DNA of 54,558 bases from Candidatus Aenigmatarchaeota archaeon (GTDB lineage: Archaea > Aenigmatarchaeota > Aenigmatarchaeia > Aenigmatarchaeales > DAIDAN01). The notes under the pieces were generated by a model. The model saw only the letters and a program-made list of their open reading frames with translations, made no database searches and was not told where the DNA came from. The translations under genes and the position numbers were made by a program. Below are positions 52,354-54,558 of the stretch, piece by piece (position 1 is the stretch's first letter; each line of letters opens with the position of its first letter). Location of the stretch: contig JBAQNA010000004.1 in NCBI GenBank assembly GCA_049303335.1, positions 1 to 54,558 of the forward strand, given 5' to 3'.

Positions 52354-54558
52354 ATGGTCTTTGAAATCGAAATTCAGGAGGGCGGGATTCTGCGGATAAA
52401 CTGCCTCGGCTCGATATACGGGTGCAGCCTCGAGGATTCCGACGTGGTGCTGTCAAAGGTCATAGACGCGATGATAGCTGAAAGGAAGATAACGAGCATA
52501 ATCCTTGCGGAGTCGCGCGAGTACGAGTACGACTTCCAGCAGACGAAGCTCCTGCTTGAGATAGCGAACGCGTTCACCACAATCATGCGCGAGAGAAAAA
52601 TTGTTTCCCTGAAAAATTTCGGCGCGGCGGGAAGCGCGTGCGAGAGGCTTTTTCCGGTCTGGTATTCCTGGGCGAACGACCTCGTGGCAAGCCAGCTCCG
52701 CTCCGACCCCGTGGGCGCGTACGTGAACCTCACAAGGGAGCTGCGGCACGCGAAGGTGAAAGCCGCGACTGTCGGCTGCTACGGGCATTATGTCGCAAAC
52801 GTTCTCGAGCCCCTGAAAGAAATTTTGGAAGGCTGCCAGCTGATCCAGATGGCGAAGCCGTATCTCGAAGGATACCACATAGGGGACCGCGCGATATACA
52901 GGGAAATTTTCCACCCGTCCGTGCGCCCGAACTTCATGTACACGAAATACATGATGCAGCCGCCGGAGGGCGAGGCGATAGAAAAATACAAGGTCGGGGA
53001 TGTTGAAATAGAGATTTACAAGGTGCCGGGAAAAGTCAGGTACGTCTATTACACGGTCCCGCCGGAGTTCACGCTTTCCGAGGACGAGTACGTGCTGCTT
53101 GACGAGGCGAAAAGAATTCTGGAGGAGCGCAGGCCGAAGGAATTCGAGATGAAGGACCAGGAAAAAATGCGCGAAGTTTTCTACAACATAGGCATCGAAC
53201 TGCTGCGGGATCTGGCCGACCAAGGCGGAAAGTCGGTGAGCCAGCAGCAGCTTGAAAGATTGTCTTCAATACTGACGCGCTACACCGCGGGACTTGGAAT
53301 TTTGGAAGTGCTTCTCGCTGACGAGAACGTGCAGGATATTTTCATCAACTCCCCGCTCGGGACAGTGCCGACATACATATACCATTCGAAGTACGAGGAG
53401 TGCGAAACCAATTTGATTCCGACGAGAACGGACGGGGAAAGATGGGCGACGAGATTCAAGCTCATTTCCGGAAGGCCGCTTGACGAGGCAAACCCCGTGC
53501 TTGACACGGAAACATACGCGTCCGGGGGCCGCGCGAGAGTCGCGGCGATTTATCCGAAGCTCTCGCCGGACGGAATGGCAATGGCGCTCCGCAGGCACCG
53601 CGAGCGGCCATGGACCCTGCCGCTTTTTCTTGACGTGAAATTCGTGAACCCGCTGTTCGCAGGACTGATGAGTTTTGCGACAGACTACGGAAGAACTTAT
53701 CTTATCGCGGGAACGCGCTCCGCGGGAAAAAGCTCGCTGCTCGGCTCGCTAATGCTCGAGATACAGCCGCGGTATCGCGTCATTACAGTGGAAGACACTC
53801 TTGAGTTGCCTGTCGAACAATTGCGCGCGCTCGGCTACAACATCGAGAGGATGAAGTCGCGCTCCGTCATCACGCACGTTGAAACCGAACTGCCCGCGGA
53901 CGAGGCGATAAGAACCGCTTTGAGACTGGGCGATTCGAGCCTGATAATCGGCGAAGTCCGCTCGCTGGAGGCGAAGGCGCTTTACGAGGCAATGAGAATC
54001 GGCGCGCTCGCAAACGTTGTAGCGGGGACAATACACGGCGATTCAGCCTACGGTGTTTTCGACAGGGTTGTCAACGACTTGCAGGTTCCGCCGACGAGCT
54101 TCAAGGCAACCGACCTCGTGGTGATTTGCAACCGATTGCGCTCCGCGGACGGAATGCATTCTTTCCGCCGCGTTACAGGCGTTACGGAAGTCAGGAAACA
54201 CTGGCAGAAAGATCCCGCGGAAGAGGGCGGATTCGTGAACCTGCTGGATTATTCATCCAAATCCGATACGCTGAAAGCTTCTGGCACATTGCTGAACGGC
54301 GAGAGCACCATACTGAACGACATCGCGAGAAGCGTGAAGGAGTGGTCCGGCAACTGGGCGGCGGTCTGGGACAACATAAACCTGCGCGGCAAAATCGCGC
54401 AAACGATTGTGGAGATTGCGAACCATACGGACAGGAACCTGATGGAGGCGGAGACCGTGGTGGACAGCAACCAGATGTTCCACATTCTTTCGGAGCGCTC
54501 CAAGAACGAGAACGGCTTCATCGACACGGAGCGGGTTTACAACGACTGGCTGGAATGG
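52354..54558 (+). CDS. type II/IV secretion-system ATPase (FlaI/PilB/VirB11 superfamily), 3'-partial, with long N-terminal extension
   Basis: Open frame from the ATG at 52354 to the window end (735 codons, no stop, so absent from the ORF track). Walker A is AGTRSAGKSS. The Asp box is ITVEDTLEL. Walker B is LIIGEVR. The His box is AGTIHG. Confidence 0.85.
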   Translation, partial: MVFEIEIQEGGILRINCLGSIYGCSLEDSDVVLSKVIDAMIAERKITSIILAESREYEYDFQQTKLLLEIANAFTTIMRERKIVSLKNFGAAGSACERLFPVWYSWANDLVASQLRSDPVGAYVNLTRELRHAKVKAATVGCYGHYVANVLEPLKEILEGCQLIQMAKPYLEGYHIGDRAIYREIFHPSVRPNFMYTKYMMQPPEGEAIEKYKVGDVEIEIYKVPGKVRYVYYTVPPEFTLSEDEYVLLDEAKRILEERRPKEFEMKDQEKMREVFYNIGIELLRDLADQGGKSVSQQQLERLSSILTRYTAGLGILEVLLADENVQDIFINSPLGTVPTYIYHSKYEECETNLIPTRTDGERWATRFKLISGRPLDEANPVLDTETYASGGRARVAAIYPKLSPDGMAMALRRHRERPWTLPLFLDVKFVNPLFAGLMSFATDYGRTYLIAGTRSAGKSSLLGSLMLEIQPRYRVITVEDTLELPVEQLRALGYNIERMKSRSVITHVETELPADEAIRTALRLGDSSLIIGEVRSLEAKALYEAMRIGALANVVAGTIHGDSAYGVFDRVVNDLQVPPTSFKATDLVVICNRLRSADGMHSFRRVTGVTEVRKHWQKDPAEEGGFVNLLDYSSKSDTLKASGTLLNGESTILNDIARSVKEWSGNWAAVWDNINLRGKIAQTIVEIANHTDRNLMEAETVVDSNQMFHILSERSKNENGFIDTERVYNDWLEW

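Noticed and set aside
52453-54527. Minus-strand ORFs 52453-53223, 53266-53598, 53749-54036 and 54249-54527
   Set aside because: All are antisense to the long open plus-strand frame encoding the FlaI/PilB-type ATPase. That frame is absent from the track only because it lacks a stop codon in the window.
1-54558. CRISPR arrays, rRNA genes and additional tRNA genes
   Set aside because: I found no regularly spaced direct repeats and no rRNA-like conserved blocks. The only T-loop/acceptor-like signature (GTTCAAATCC-type) is the one in tRNA-Asp. This was a by-eye scan, so short or degenerate arrays could have been missed.

Overview
This looks like an archaeal chromosomal segment. Supporting markers are an MCM helicase, class I LysRS, archaeal-type PheRS/TrpRS/GlyRS, ribosomal protein L35Ae, Trm1, an NreA-like protein, bulge-helix-bulge tRNA introns, and TATA boxes about 26 nt upstream of many start codons. 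A small-genome (DPANN-like) lineage is only a guess. A moderately GC-rich housekeeping backbone is interrupted by many strongly AT-rich accessory islets. Main observations: (1) A tightly coupled six-gene minus-strand operon (6915-15573) interleaves a type I restriction-modification system (hsdM, hsdS, hsdR) with two different Shedu-like (DUF4263-type PD-(D/E)xK) nuclease genes and an uncharacterised TM/coiled-coil protein. Its hsdS gene is compositionally mosaic. This is the best candidate for an undescribed composite defence system. (2) A PD-(D/E)xK nuclease fused to an EVE/PUA-like domain (44958-45944) resembles a modification-dependent nuclease. (3) A tRNA-Asp(GUC) gene is split by two non-canonical BHB introns, one in the D-arm and one in the T-loop. 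(4) The MCM gene carries a 455-aa LAGLIDADG intein. (5) There is an IS5-like element with an 8-bp target duplication, plus a second partial copy at the window edge. (6) An 18-nt TATA-proximal motif recurs upstream of three unrelated AT-rich ORFan genes. (7) The UDP-GlcNAc pathway shows rearranged domain architecture, and Phe biosynthesis genes share an operon with PheRS. (8) A partial FlaI/PilB-type secretion ATPase ORF runs off the 3' end and is missing from the supplied ORF track. No CRISPR array or rRNA gene was seen.
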